A stretch of 64,000 nt of DNA from Planctomycetota bacterium (GCA_038227875.1 JBBRPR010000034.1:1-64000), one strand, 5' to 3'; shown: positions 1-9,805, counted from the first letter of the stretch. Notes: generated by a model not told the origin, from the letters alone. Numbers and translations are program-made.

Positions 1-98
1 ACAATCTGATTCTATTCCCGCTGCGGCACCGTCACGCGATTCATAACGCCATATATTTTGAGAATCAATCCGCGCCGTTCACACTTTCCCGCGCCGAT

Positions 99-407
99 TT
101 ATCTGAGACTCACAACGCTGAAGTACGTGATTCCCGACACCCGGAACTCCGCGGAGCTGGGTTCACTCGATATTAATGTTTTCAGCCAGTAGTCCTTCGC
201 GATCTCGCGGTCGTCGATATGGACCGCATTCAGCCAGCCCAATCCACCACCCGCGGTCCGCTCTGACTCACTTTGCCCGGTGAGTTCGCGCCACCAATGG
301 GCGCTGGACGTATCAAACTGCTCGTTTGCAATGCCATCCGGTCTGTAGCGCCAGACGGTTTCGCTCGAAGACAATGCTCGTGGATGGCTAAACTCTTGTT
401 CGCCCAT
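99..407 (-). pseudogene. Truncated PAS_3 (PAS/PAC) domain remnant
   Basis: The translation VWRYRPDG...WWRELTGQ...GLGWLNAVHIDDRE...W...SSEPSSAEFRV fits the PAS_3 pattern (W.ELTG...GWL.AVHPDDRE...EFR). It stops before the final PAC strands. Confidence 0.55.
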
Positions 408-649
408 TCGATTGCACTCCACAGACTCGAATCGCGTTCTCTCATAGTTAATTGTACCATGTTGGATCAAAAATATTCAAATGTATTCAAAGCGACATAA
501 ACAGGTCCCTTTAGGGTAGCCGCTGGCCCGTCAAAAGGAGGAATTTGCGAGGTGTCTTATCAGTTGTAGGAAGGCGCGCGAAATAAAAGTCTTCGCGCGA
601 CATTCGTGGGGCTTTCCACCGGCAAGCGTAAAGATGTGCAACGAGGCGG

Positions 650-2668
650 TCAGAACCCGCTCAACTCTTCGTCCGTAAGCGGGATCGCTTTGGAGGCCCG
701 TTGCAGAGCGGCGTTGTGGGTTCCGTTCATCACTATGTGGGTCCCGTTGGTCCCGTTTAGCGCTGCGCTGTGTTTGGGGGTGAGCTTCGTCGCGGTTGCG
801 GAAGCCGGGGCGGGGGACTTCCGGGTCGGCGCGGCGTGAGTTTCCCTGGCCTGCGGAGGCTGAACTGTCGCCGCCGTTTTCTGCCCGTTGGCTCCGTGAA
901 CCAGCAGCACCAGCGCGTTGATCATCTCCTGAAGTTCCCGCGCCTGGGACGAGAGCTCTTCGCTGGCTGACGCGGATTCCTCGGCACTGGCCGCGTTGGT
1001 CTGCGTGACCTTGTCGATGTCCGTCACGGCGCTGTTGATCTGTTCCACGCCCTTCGACTGTTCGCCGCAGGCCGCTGCGACTTCCCCGATCAGTTGCTTG
1101 ACCTTGTTGGCCGCTTCGACGGTATGCGTGAAGCGCTGCGAGATCTCGACTTCGACCACACGCTTGATGATTCCGGCCACATCCGCGGAAACCTTGACGC
1201 CGTCGTCGGCGTTGCGCTGGGATTCTTCGATCAGCGCCGAGGTATTGCGCGCGGCTTCGGCCGAACGCTGCGCCAGGTTGCGGACTTCTTCCGCCACGAC
1301 CGCGAAGCCTTTGCCGGACTCGCCGGCCCGGGCGGCTTCCACCGCGGCGTTGAGCGCCAGGAGATTGGTCTGGAACGCGATCTCGTCGATGGTCTTCACG
1401 ATCTTCGCCGTCTGGTCGGCGGAGGATTTGATCTTCTGGATCGCCACCGACATGCCTGAAATGCGGGTGGCCAGTTCCTTGCCCATCTCCTGTGTGGTCG
1501 ATTGGCCGGAGAACGCGGCCGTCGCAGCCTCGTCGGACATGGACGAGGCCTGCCGTGCGTTGTCGGCATTCTGGCGCGTCATCGACGACATCTCTTCCAG
1601 CGACGCGGACGTCTCTTCGAGACTCGACGCCTGGCGACTGGCGCCATCGGCCATCGACTGGCTGGACTGCGCAACCTGTCGCGACGCCTGCGTGACGCAA
1701 CCGGCACTGGAGGTCAGCAGCTCAATGATCTTTTTCAAGGGCGCCGTCACCGAGTTGCTGCTGGCGAAGGCGATCAGGCAGCCGACCACGATCGTGGCAA
1801 TGGCAACCCAGATGATGACGTTGCGAATGGTGAAGAGCACGTCGGATGTCGCCGAGGTCACCGCCGCGATGTCCTTGGTGGCGGCGTCCGCGATCTGAGC
1901 CACTGCTTTCTCCATGCCGTCAGCGGACTCCGACATGCGCAGTTGCTTTTCATGGATGTCCTTGTCGATCTGCACAATGGCCTTCATGCGCTCGATGTAC
2001 TTCTTCCAAAGTTCGTTGGATTTCTCCTGCATGTCTTTGGGTAAGCTGAAGGCGACCATCTGCTTCTTGAATTCTTCGACCGTCTTGGCGATCTCGCCGA
2101 CGTATTTCTCATCGCCGCGGAGCAGGTAGTCCTTTTCGTGACGGCGGCAGGTCAGCATGAGCACACTGAGTTCGGCCAGTCCCTGGTCATTGACCAGTTT
2201 CTCGACATCATGGGCGGAAGCGCGAAGCTCACCCATCAGTCCTGTTTCCGGCGTGAGCCCTTTTTGCGTCTGAAGATCGACCACTTGATGCAGTGCCGCC
2301 CGGTAGCTTGCCACCTGGCCCTTGGCGTCCTGCGCGGATTGTTTAACGGCCGGATCCTGCGCGATCTGCTGGATGTTGTCCAGTTTGCCATTCACCGTGC
2401 CAATGGCAGTGTCGATCGCGGTGACCGTGGCCGGGTTGCGCTCCATCAGGAAGTTCTTCTCCAGATAGCGTGCCTGCATCAGCGTCGCCCGGGATTCCTC
2501 GGCGCCGACTCGTTCGGCGACGCTCTTATCGACGGCGCTTTTCAATAGATTCTGGATGTCCTGTGCGGCACGTAAACTGTAGGCGTACGCGATGGCATTG
2601 CCGATGCAGACCAGGAGAATGACCGTTGCGAATCCCAGCCACAAGCGTGTTTTGATCGTGAAGTTCAC
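650..2668 (-). CDS. Methyl-accepting chemotaxis protein with a large helical (HBM-like) periplasmic sensor domain
   Basis: Two TM segments; duplicated R.EK(N/D)(F/Y)L motif in the sensor; signalling hairpin [46 protein letters not shown] start with GGAGA RBS; C-terminal DEELSGF. Confidence 0.95.
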   Translation of the reverse strand: MNFTIKTRLWLGFATVILLVCIGNAIAYAYSLRAAQDIQNLLKSAVDKSVAERVGAEESRATLMQARYLEKNFLMERNPATVTAIDTAIGTVNGKLDNIQQIAQDPAVKQSAQDAKGQVASYRAALHQVVDLQTQKGLTPETGLMGELRASAHDVEKLVNDQGLAELSVLMLTCRRHEKDYLLRGDEKYVGEIAKTVEEFKKQMVAFSLPKDMQEKSNELWKKYIERMKAIVQIDKDIHEKQLRMSESADGMEKAVAQIADAATKDIAAVTSATSDVLFTIRNVIIWVAIATIVVGCLIAFASSNSVTAPLKKIIELLTSSAGCVTQASRQVAQSSQSMADGASRQASSLEETSASLEEMSSMTRQNADNARQASSMSDEAATAAFSGQSTTQEMGKELATRISGMSVAIQKIKSSADQTAKIVKTIDEIAFQTNLLALNAAVEAARAGESGKGFAVVAEEVRNLAQRSAEAARNTSALIEESQRNADDGVKVSADVAGIIKRVVEVEISQRFTHTVEAANKVKQLIGEVAAACGEQSKGVEQINSAVTDIDKVTQTNAASAEESASASEELSSQARELQEMINALVLLVHGANGQKTAATVQPPQARETHAAPTRKSPAPASATATKLTPKHSAALNGTNGTHIVMNGTHNAALQRASKAIPLTDEELSGF

Positions 2669-2731
2669 TGTTCATCTCCCAAGGTTGAGGTTTTGAAAAC
2701 GCCGCACGTTCCGCACAGGACCTGACTTGAG

Positions 2732-3499
2732 TTACTTGATCGCCACGAATCCGGCGCTCTTCACGACTGCCTGACCCTTGTCGCTGAGCACGAAGTCGAC
2801 GAACGCCTTGACGTCGCCGGTGGCTTCGCCTTTGGTGGCCAGCGTCAGCGTGCGGCAGATCGGGTACGTCTTGTCCTGGATGGTTTTGGGGGTGGGGAGG
2901 ACGCCGTCGATGGCCAGCACCTTGACCGAGTCGTGCGCCACCGAAGCGGAATCGTAGCCGACGGACGTGACGATCTTGCTGATCGCCGGCAGGAGGACCG
3001 CATCGTGTTTGACCGCGGCCGAGTCGGGGAACTTGGCTTCCTTCAAGACCACATGCTGAAAGCACTCGCGCGTACCGGAGTCGGCGTTGCGATTATAGAG
3101 GATCACGGGCTTGCCGTCCGCCCAGGTGGTCGTCTTGCCCGAGAAGAGGTCCTTGAGTTCGGCCATCGTCAGCTTTTCGGTGGGATTGTCCTTGTTGACG
3201 ACCACGGCCACGGCGTCAAAGCCGTAACTGGTGCCGACCAGGCCGGCTTCATCGGTCTTCAGTTCCCGCGACAGAAACGCCAGCGCGACTTCGCCGGCCT
3301 GGCACGCCTTGACTCCCGCGCCCGAACCGCCGCCTTCGACCTTGACGCTGTTGCCGGAGTCCTTCTGGTACGCTTCCGCCAGCTGCTTCATGACGCTGAT
3401 CGTGGAATCCGAGCCACGTGCTGAAATCTCACCAGCGACCAACGTTGAAGCGCAAACCAGCATCGACAAGCAGACCACATTGCGAATCGCGTGAATCAT
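2732..3499 (-). CDS. pstS: PstS-family phosphate-binding periplasmic protein
   Basis: Signal peptide; motifs GSDST, GGGSGAG, SRELK, DAVAVVVN, R..DSGTRE.F and YPICRTL, typical of the PstS/PBP_like_2 family. Confidence 0.82.
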   Translation of the reverse strand: MIHAIRNVVCLSMLVCASTLVAGEISARGSDSTISVMKQLAEAYQKDSGNSVKVEGGGSGAGVKACQAGEVALAFLSRELKTDEAGLVGTSYGFDAVAVVVNKDNPTEKLTMAELKDLFSGKTTTWADGKPVILYNRNADSGTRECFQHVVLKEAKFPDSAAVKHDAVLLPAISKIVTSVGYDSASVAHDSVKVLAIDGVLPTPKTIQDKTYPICRTLTLATKGEATGDVKAFVDFVLSDKGQAVVKSAGFVAIK

Positions 3500-3846
3500 G
3501 ATTCCCTCCGGATAGGTTGGCCTCAGTCGTGAGGCATTGTATTACGAAAACTGCACTGCTCACTTTGTCGGGATGCTTCGCAGCAAATAAAGGAGTGATA
3601 TAAAAAGCGAATTGAACTTTAATGATGGCGAATTTGAACCGGGTTTGGCCGTCCAACTTCGAAATTCTCCCAATTTAGCGACGTCAAGCGTGGGTTAAGC
3701 CGAAAACGAAGCGCGCTCGCTGCGAATATTTCCGAGTGTTCAAAGAGCAACACTGGCTGGAGTCGGGCAAATTTTGCGTTTGGAGTTCAGTCCTGGTTTT
3801 GGACGGTTAGGATGAGAAGGGATATGAAGCCGACCGGGAACCGACG

Positions 3847-4074
3847 ATGCCAAAACTTCGGACTGTCGCCATACTGACCTTGTTCTCAATGTACGTGGTT
3901 GGTTTGGTCTTCTCATCCGGACTCGTGAGCCGGTCGTTCATCGGAAACCTGCCGCGCTGGTTCGTGCCGAGCGTCCTTGGACCGTGCGTTGTGGTCAACA
4001 TTCTGGACGTCTTCTGAAATCTTCGCCTCCTTGTTTGGAAGCCCGACTCCGACGAGAACGCCAACGTCCGGTAA
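3847..4074 (+). pseudogene. Possible small membrane protein interrupted by an in-frame TGA (4015-4017)
   Basis: Hand translation: MPKLRTVAILTLFSMYVVGLVFSSGLVSRSFIGNLPRWFVPSVLGPCVVVNILDVF*NLRLLVWKPDSDENANVR*. Two hydrophobic stretches and a GGGAA upstream. Below the ORF-track cutoff. Confidence 0.25.
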
Positions 4075-4119
4075 CGCATCGGCCCGGCGCGCCGCCTAGG
4101 GGGATCACCCTCGCAGGCA

Positions 4120-4147
4120 ACCTCACATAACATACATTATCGGACGT
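4120..4147 (-). other. dif-like XerC/XerD recombination site
   Basis: Minus strand reads ACGTCCGATAA-TGTATG-TTATGTGAGGT, compared with E. coli dif GGTGCGCATAA-TGTATA-TTATGTTAAAT. Same 11-6-11 layout with inner ATAA/TTATGT conserved. Confidence 0.65.
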
Positions 4148-4209
4148 TAATAATGCCAGCCATCTGGCCCGGGAAGGGGTCGAAAAGTTCCCGGGCTCTG
4201 GCTGGGTTC

Positions 4210-4737
4210 TCAGGCTTGTGGGGTTTCGGGCTTCGGAGCGTCGATACGGAGGACCTTGCGGATGATGGCGTCGAGGCTGGCAATGCCGGGGCCTTGAACG
4301 ATCAGCCAGAACAGGAAGATGCCATAGATCACGGGCGTCACGTCGGTCAGGTCTTTCTTGCTCTCGGCGCCGAACAGACCGTGGAGCGCGGAGAGGAAAT
4401 CGGCGCGGTCGGCGGTGATCAGTGCGACGACCATGGTGCTGGCCAGCAGCGCGGCGACCGGGCGCGTCAGCAGACCCAGGATCAGCAGGATTCCGCCGTA
4501 GTATTCCAAGCGGCTGACGAAGGCGGCATTGAGCTCCGGAAACGGGATGCCCAGATTCGTGAAGAATCCGGTCACTTTGGTCACGTCGCTGAGCTTCCCG
4601 GTCCCGGTCAGGTAGAACGCGTAGCCGATCACGATTCGGGTCAGCAGCGGCGGTAAAAACGACAGATAACCCAGCCCCTTCAGACCCAACCGACCCCACT
4701 TTTGAGCCAACGTCAATTCGGACTCCTCGCCAGACAT
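4210..4737 (-). CDS. DoxX family membrane protein
   Basis: LLTRIVIG..F...G..K, F..LGIPFP, EY.GG.LLILGLLTR.VA..L...M.VA and GPG.ASLD motifs. Confidence 0.9.
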   Translation of the reverse strand: MSGEESELTLAQKWGRLGLKGLGYLSFLPPLLTRIVIGYAFYLTGTGKLSDVTKVTGFFTNLGIPFPELNAAFVSRLEYYGGILLILGLLTRPVAALLASTMVVALITADRADFLSALHGLFGAESKKDLTDVTPVIYGIFLFWLIVQGPGIASLDAIIRKVLRIDAPKPETPQA

Positions 4738-4840
4738 AACGAACCTCCAGGTTTTGAGCTACTTTCGGGAATACACGTCAGTGAATGTCGTCAGACTAGA
4801 GATAAATTCTCGATTGGAAAGCCGCTTCAACAAAAATTCA

Positions 4841-5713
4841 TCAGGCCGCTGGCTGCCGGAGTTTGCTGACGGCCGTGGCGGCGATCAGCATCGCGAATTG
4901 GATCAGGATGATTGCCGACCCGGGGTAAATGTCCTGGCGGTAGGAGATGTACATCCCCCACCCGAAGCTGATCACGCCCAGCAGCGTCGAGACAATCAGC
5001 GCCGGAATCAGCCGTGAGCACAGCCGCAGCGCGGTCACGCCTGGGATGATCAGCGACGCGCTGACCAGAATGATCCCGACCACGCGCGAGGAGATCACGA
5101 CTGTCAGCACCAGGAAGAGCAGAAAACTGTAGTGCAGCGCACGGACATTCAGTCCACTGACTTCCGCCAACCGTGCGTCGAAGGCGTAGAAGAGCAGTTC
5201 CTTCTGAAAGACGATCAGCAGCACCACCACCAGCACGGCCAGTCCCGCCAGCACCCAGACGTCCCGCGGACTGACGTTGAGCAGGCTGCCGAACAGGTAC
5301 GTGTCCATGGACGTCATGTACTGCTTGTTGCGTTGCTGGCGGAGTTGCAGGAAGAGCGCACCCAGCGCCATGCTGACGGAGAACGCGATGCCGATGGCGG
5401 AGTCTTCCGCCAGCTTTCCGGCTTCGCCATGCCGCGAGACTTTGCCGATCGCAAACGCCAGCGCCAGACAGAACGCGAGCGTGATGGCTTGCACACCGAG
5501 GTCGTCATAGCTGGAATCGGCGAGCAGGAAGAGCCCCAGCCCGATCCCGCCAAACGCGGCGTGCGCCATGCCGTCTCCGACGAAGGCCATGCGGCGCACC
5601 ACCACCAGCGGCGAGAGGCTGGCGCAGCAGAGCCCCGCCAGCGCGCCGGCTTCCAGGGCGCGGCTGAGCAGCGGGATCCTGAAGATGTCGTCGAAGAAAC
5701 TGGGATCGCTCAC
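4841..5713 (-). CDS. znuB: Zn/Mn ABC transporter permease (ABC-3 family)
   Basis: RRMAFVGDGMAHAAFGG, DSAIGI, YLFGSLL and VVGIILVSASLIIP motifs; overlaps the ATPase stop by 4 nt. Confidence 0.9.
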   Translation of the reverse strand: MSDPSFFDDIFRIPLLSRALEAGALAGLCCASLSPLVVVRRMAFVGDGMAHAAFGGIGLGLFLLADSSYDDLGVQAITLAFCLALAFAIGKVSRHGEAGKLAEDSAIGIAFSVSMALGALFLQLRQQRNKQYMTSMDTYLFGSLLNVSPRDVWVLAGLAVLVVVLLIVFQKELLFYAFDARLAEVSGLNVRALHYSFLLFLVLTVVISSRVVGIILVSASLIIPGVTALRLCSRLIPALIVSTLLGVISFGWGMYISYRQDIYPGSAIILIQFAMLIAATAVSKLRQPAA

Positions 5714-6639
5714 GTCGGTTTCTTATCCTGTTCCGGCGCGTGGCCATGACCGTGATCGGGGCTGTGGCCGTGATCGTGGTCGCAGTGCGGGCCGTGCGCG
5801 TGGCCGGCCGGCGCGGTGTCGCCGTGGAATTCTTCCAGATGATGTCGATGCTGGATGAAGAACGCGTCGAGTTCGCAAGCGTAGACGTTGCGCAACACCG
5901 CTTCGCTGATCAACTCGCTGCGGTCGTGCCAATGGAGCGTGCGGCTGAGGCAGGCCAGTTCGTCGGCGTAGTGCGAGAGCGCCGTGACGTCGTGCGAAAC
6001 CATCACGACCGTGAGCTGGTAGGACTCGCGCAGTTTCTTGAGCAGCGCGAAGAGCTGCGACTGGCCGCCCGTGTCCAGGCCGCTGGTCGGTTCGTCCAAC
6101 AGGAGCAGCTTCGGCTGCGCGACGAGGGCTCGGGCGATGGCCATGCGTTGCTGCTGACCGCCGGAGAGATTGCCGGCGGGACGATCCTCGAGTCCTTCGA
6201 GCCCCACATCACGAATCGCGCGGCGCGCGGCTTCGTGCTCGACTTTGCCGGGGCTGCGGAAGAGACCGAGGCTGGCGTACGTTCCCATTAAGGTGACGTC
6301 GAGGACCGTGGCCGGGAAATGCTTGCGGACGCCGGTGTCCTGCGGGACGTAGCCGAGTAGCCGGCGATCAGGGCCCAGGTCGTGGGCTTCGCGCCCGAAG
6401 ACGAGCACCTTGCCGACAGTCGGCCGCAACAGGCCGAGAATCAGTTTCAGCAGCGTCGACTTACCGCCGCCATTGGGGCCGATCAGTCCGAGGAACTCCC
6501 CTTCCCTGATCGACATTTTGACGCGATCAAGCACCAGCGGCCCCCGGCCATACGAAAAGCTGACGTCCTCGAACGCGATGATCGGATTCGGTTTGCTGGC
6601 GGCCGTAGCTGTGGCCGATTGTTGATAGGTCGTTTCCAT
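5710..6639 (-). CDS. znuC: Zn/Mn ABC transporter ATP-binding protein with His-rich C-tail
   Basis: Walker A GPNGGGKST, GYVPQ, signature LSGGQQQR, Walker B LLLLDEP, VSHD; tail HAHGPHCDHDHGHSPDHGHGH. Confidence 0.92.
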   Translation of the reverse strand: METTYQQSATATAASKPNPIIAFEDVSFSYGRGPLVLDRVKMSIREGEFLGLIGPNGGGKSTLLKLILGLLRPTVGKVLVFGREAHDLGPDRRLLGYVPQDTGVRKHFPATVLDVTLMGTYASLGLFRSPGKVEHEAARRAIRDVGLEGLEDRPAGNLSGGQQQRMAIARALVAQPKLLLLDEPTSGLDTGGQSQLFALLKKLRESYQLTVVMVSHDVTALSHYADELACLSRTLHWHDRSELISEAVLRNVYACELDAFFIQHRHHLEEFHGDTAPAGHAHGPHCDHDHGHSPDHGHGHAPEQDKKPT

Positions 6640-6644
6640 GGCTT

Positions 6645-7637
6645 TTACTTTCCGTTCGTTTCGCTCTGAATACCTTCCGCGGATCCAAGCGTGCGCAGAT
6701 CGTACTTCAAGCGCTCGAGATACGTCTTGCCTACTTCACTGATTTCTGTGTCCATCGGGTCGAGCAGCTCCACGCGCGCGTTCAGTTCCTTGGCCAGCGT
6801 GTTGAGCGCGGCAACATTCGCGCCAGGCTCGCGAAAGACGACTTGTTGTTTGAGCGATTGCATCAGCTTCACCGCCTCGACGACGTCCTTCGCACTGGGT
6901 TCAATTCCCGGACTGACTTGGACGACGGCGGCGATCTTGATCTTCAGCCGCGCGAACAGATAGCCGTAGGCATCATGAAATGTGACGAGCTGCGTACCCG
7001 CCGGCATGTTCGCCGCGAGCCGGTCAATCTCCTTGCTGGTCTCTTCGAGCTTCGCGATGTACGCCGCGGCGCGCTTTTCGTAGCCGTCCTTGTGAGCGGG
7101 ATCTAGTTTGCCGAACTCTTCGCCGAGGTGCTTCACCACGATCGCCGCGCGCGCGGGGTCGAGCCAGAAATGCGGGTTGTCGCTGCCGGCATGATCATCG
7201 TCCTCATCGCCGGCGTTGCCGTGAATTTCGATCTGGCGATACGCTTCCATTTTCATCGGCGCGATCCACGCGCTGGTGGTGAAGACTTTGATTTCTCCGC
7301 CCGAGTTGGCTGCGAGCTTCTGCGCCCATGGATCCATGCCAAGCCCGACCGTCAGCATTGCCTTCGCTCGGGTGGTCGTCTTCGCGTCGCTGATCGAGGC
7401 TTCGAAGTGGTGCGGGTTTTTCGTGCCGTCTACGAGGCAGTAGACCGACGCGTTGTCGCCTCCGACTTCGCGCGCCCAATCCGCTAGTGGAAAGATCGTC
7501 GCCGCGACCTGGAGCTTGCCGCTGTCGGCTCCGTCATTCGGAGCGTGCGCCGGGCGGACGAACAAGAAGAATAAAGCTGCTGCCGCAATTGCTGCGACGA
7601 GCAGGACCATCACTATACGCACGGGAAAACCTTTCAT
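6645..7637 (-). CDS. znuA: Zn/Mn ABC transporter substrate-binding protein (ZnuA/TroA family)
   Basis: NPHHFE, DNPHFWLDP, TFHDAYGY and EPSAK motifs; N-terminal membrane anchor. Confidence 0.9.
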   Translation of the reverse strand: MKGFPVRIVMVLLVAAIAAAALFFLFVRPAHAPNDGADSGKLQVAATIFPLADWAREVGGDNASVYCLVDGTKNPHHFEASISDAKTTTRAKAMLTVGLGMDPWAQKLAANSGGEIKVFTTSAWIAPMKMEAYRQIEIHGNAGDEDDDHAGSDNPHFWLDPARAAIVVKHLGEEFGKLDPAHKDGYEKRAAAYIAKLEETSKEIDRLAANMPAGTQLVTFHDAYGYLFARLKIKIAAVVQVSPGIEPSAKDVVEAVKLMQSLKQQVVFREPGANVAALNTLAKELNARVELLDPMDTEISEVGKTYLERLKYDLRTLGSAEGIQSETNGK

Positions 7638-7651
7638 TCAGGTGAGATAAT

Positions 7652-7680
7652 ACTTTATAATACCAAAGATCTTCCGTCAA
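7652..7680 (-). promoter_or_regulatory. Sigma70-like promoter for the znu operon
   Basis: Minus strand TTGACG-N17-TAAAGT ending 14 nt upstream of the znuA ATG. It overlaps an AT-rich tract with an ATAATAC direct repeat (possible metalloregulator site). Confidence 0.5.
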
Positions 7681-7715
7681 GTTAAGCCAATCGGTTTGCG
7701 TCTAATCACACGCCA

Positions 7716-7962
7716 GGGTGCCACCCCGGTCTCGCCGTTGAGACCGGTGCGGGTTCGACATCGCGTTTGCAATTTGGACAGTCGTCGTGTGCCACTGGTG
7801 GCTGGCAGTTAAGCCACCAGTGTGAACTCGCGGATAAACGTCGCCCATGGAATCGCTCAGATCGCGTTGTTTCCGAATCAGTGTATTCAATGTCTCACAA
7901 TCCGATTTACCTGTCCGCGAGGTCGGCACTGGTGGCTAAACAGCCAGCCACCAGTGGCACAC
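7716..7962. repeat. REP/BIME-like cluster: inverted pair of 36-bp hairpin repeats plus a related hairpin
   Basis: 7787-7822 GTGTGCCACTGGTGGCTGGCAGTTAAGCCACCAGTG matches the reverse complement of 7927-7962 at 34/36. A related GGGTGCCAC plus hairpin starts near 7716. Confidence 0.8.
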
Positions 7963-8070
7963 AACAGCAGCCTGAATTCCAAACGCGGTGTCCATCCAGC
8001 ACCCATGCGTGTGAGTTTCGGCCGAGCCTGAAATCCATACTCCCTCATTTCCAATATAGTCCGTTGCTGT

Positions 8071-8100
8071 TCTTTGCGTCTTGGCGTCTTTGCGCGAGAT
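8071..8100. repeat. 30-bp CGCAAAG-type repeat, left copy (inverted partner at 9518-9547)
   Basis: Reverse complement ATCTCGCGCAAAGACGCCAAGACGCAAAGA versus ATCTCACGCAAAGCCGCGAAGCCGCCAAGA at 9518-9547, 25/30 identical. Confidence 0.55.
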
Positions 8101-9504
8101 TCAAGAACCATCTCGTTCGCCGGGTGCGGCGTTCGCGAGCTTTGTTTGCGCGGCGTCGACGGCCAGGCGCATGCGGCAGAGGCGCGGCCAGGTCAGCAGG
8201 GGCGTGTCGCCTTCCGTCGCTTCCTGCGCAGTGGCGGCGACGCGGCGCCAGCTCATCAGGTCTTCGGCTTCGAGCACCATCTTGCGCATCTCGTCGGGAA
8301 GCCATTTCAGGTTGCGCTGCAGGCCGGCGTCGGAGATGCGGTCGTCCATCGCCAGCAGCCACGCGTCGCGCGCGACTTCGCGGGTCAGCGACCAGCCCAG
8401 GCGGAAGAGCTCGCGCAGTTCCATCATCTTGAGGTGTTCGACGGCGGAGTTCAGGTTGCCGCGCGCGACGGCTTCCAGCGCCACGGAGGCGAGCACCTGG
8501 ACCGAGAGCAACGCCTGCGTTTTGTGCTCGGGATTGCCCGAGTCCTTGCTGTGCGCCAGCAGAAGCGAATTGGCCAGCGTCGCCGACTCCTTGATGAACT
8601 CGCGTTCGGTTCGTTCGCCCAGCTTGTTCGACGAGCGGCCCCACGCCAGCGCGTGGAGCAGGAACGGCGTCTTCGACGTGGCCACATTCTGCAGCGCGGT
8701 GGTCTTGGCTTCGGGGGGCAGTTCGCTGACCTTTGGCCAGGTGATGCCATAGGCGGAAGCGTTGACGATCTCGAGCAGGAATTCCGCTTCGGCCAGCGCC
8801 GGGAAGCCGCGCTTGAGCAGCCGGTCTTCGCGGCCGGCGTACATGTCGGCTTCGACGATGTCGCCTTCTTCACCGATGAGCAGTCCGATCAGTTCGCCAA
8901 AGAGATCGCGATCGACGGCGTAGAAGAAGTCGAGCAGGTTGCGGCTGAAGTCGTCGCGCGCTTCCATGTCGTCGGGCGTGAACAGGTAGCGCTGGTTGAG
9001 ATGGAGCGCGAGGAGCAAGTTGTCCTTGTCGACGGCCGGCTTGACCTTCTTGCGCAGGAACTGGGCCAGCGCGTTGACGTCGAGGCCCTGGAGCGCCTCG
9101 TCGACTTCGTCTTCGTCCAGCGCCATCATCAGTTCGAGCCAGCGGCGGACTTTCTTGTGGTCCAACTGCCCTTCGGTGAACCATTCGATGTCGGTCAGCT
9201 GCCGCATCTGTTCGGAGGACGCGGCCTGGATCAGCGCCATGGCGTCTTCTTCGCCGATCAGGCGCACGGCATGGTGGAGGTGTTCGGGCGGCAGCGCGCG
9301 GACGAGCTCAGTGAGGTCCTCGCTAAGCATCAGCCAGTCCTGGAGCTGATCGCCGGTGAGCGCGAGAGCGGTTTCGAGCTGCTGCTCGAAACCGAGCTTT
9401 TCAAACGCGAGCTCCGCGGCGCGGCGGTCGGTCTCCGCGAGCGCGAGCAGGGATTGCGCCTGCTGTTGGAGGGCGAGCGGGTTGTCGTTTCGTTCTTCGT
9501 TCAT
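8101..9504 (-). CDS. DUF6178-like hypothetical protein
   Basis: Acidic helical protein with LVRALPPE.L...V..IG.EDA..LI..AS.EQ....DIEWF and R..RL..RGFP patterns. GC-rich coding bias begins at ATG 9504, so the ORF-track extension to 9645 is unlikely. Confidence 0.7.
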   Translation of the reverse strand: MNEERNDNPLALQQQAQSLLALAETDRRAAELAFEKLGFEQQLETALALTGDQLQDWLMLSEDLTELVRALPPEHLHHAVRLIGEEDAMALIQAASSEQMRQLTDIEWFTEGQLDHKKVRRWLELMMALDEDEVDEALQGLDVNALAQFLRKKVKPAVDKDNLLLALHLNQRYLFTPDDMEARDDFSRNLLDFFYAVDRDLFGELIGLLIGEEGDIVEADMYAGREDRLLKRGFPALAEAEFLLEIVNASAYGITWPKVSELPPEAKTTALQNVATSKTPFLLHALAWGRSSNKLGERTEREFIKESATLANSLLLAHSKDSGNPEHKTQALLSVQVLASVALEAVARGNLNSAVEHLKMMELRELFRLGWSLTREVARDAWLLAMDDRISDAGLQRNLKWLPDEMRKMVLEAEDLMSWRRVAATAQEATEGDTPLLTWPRLCRMRLAVDAAQTKLANAAPGERDGS

Positions 9505-9517
9505 TTTCGGATTTATT

Positions 9518-9547
9518 ATCTCACGCAAAGCCGCGAAGCCGCCAAGA
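9518..9547. repeat. 30-bp CGCAAAG-type repeat, right copy
   Basis: Inverted partner of 8071-8100, lying 13 bp upstream of ATG 9504. Confidence 0.55.
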
Positions 9548-9805
9548 ACGGCGGTTTGGGGTGAGCAAGAATACCGTGCAAGGGCGATTGGTCTACGACC
9601 TTCATGTAACATTTGCGGTGAATTGCACGGGTTGAGGTACCACACTTCTTCATAGGAGAATGTAGCCGAATGTTACAAAATGTTACATGAATCGGGGGTC
9701 GCGCTGTTTTCCGTACAACAGCGATGTTGTACGGGGTTGGGCGATGTTGACGGGTCTTGCGGTTTGAGAGTGCGAGAGGCGACCTCCCCCGCTCCGCCCA
9801 AGGTG

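Noticed and set aside
3500..3800. c-di-GMP riboswitch or Pho box upstream of pstS-MCP
   Set aside because: GGCCAAACCCGG only superficially resembles the GEMM motif, with no GAAA/GACGCAAAGC continuation. No clear CTGTCAT direct repeat was seen.
4015..4017. In-frame TGA as selenocysteine
   Set aside because: No redox motif context or evident SECIS hairpin. A nonsense mutation or a spurious ORF is simpler.
5710..5850. His-rich tail of the ABC ATPase as a novelty
   Set aside because: His-rich C-termini are common in ZnuC-type ATPases.
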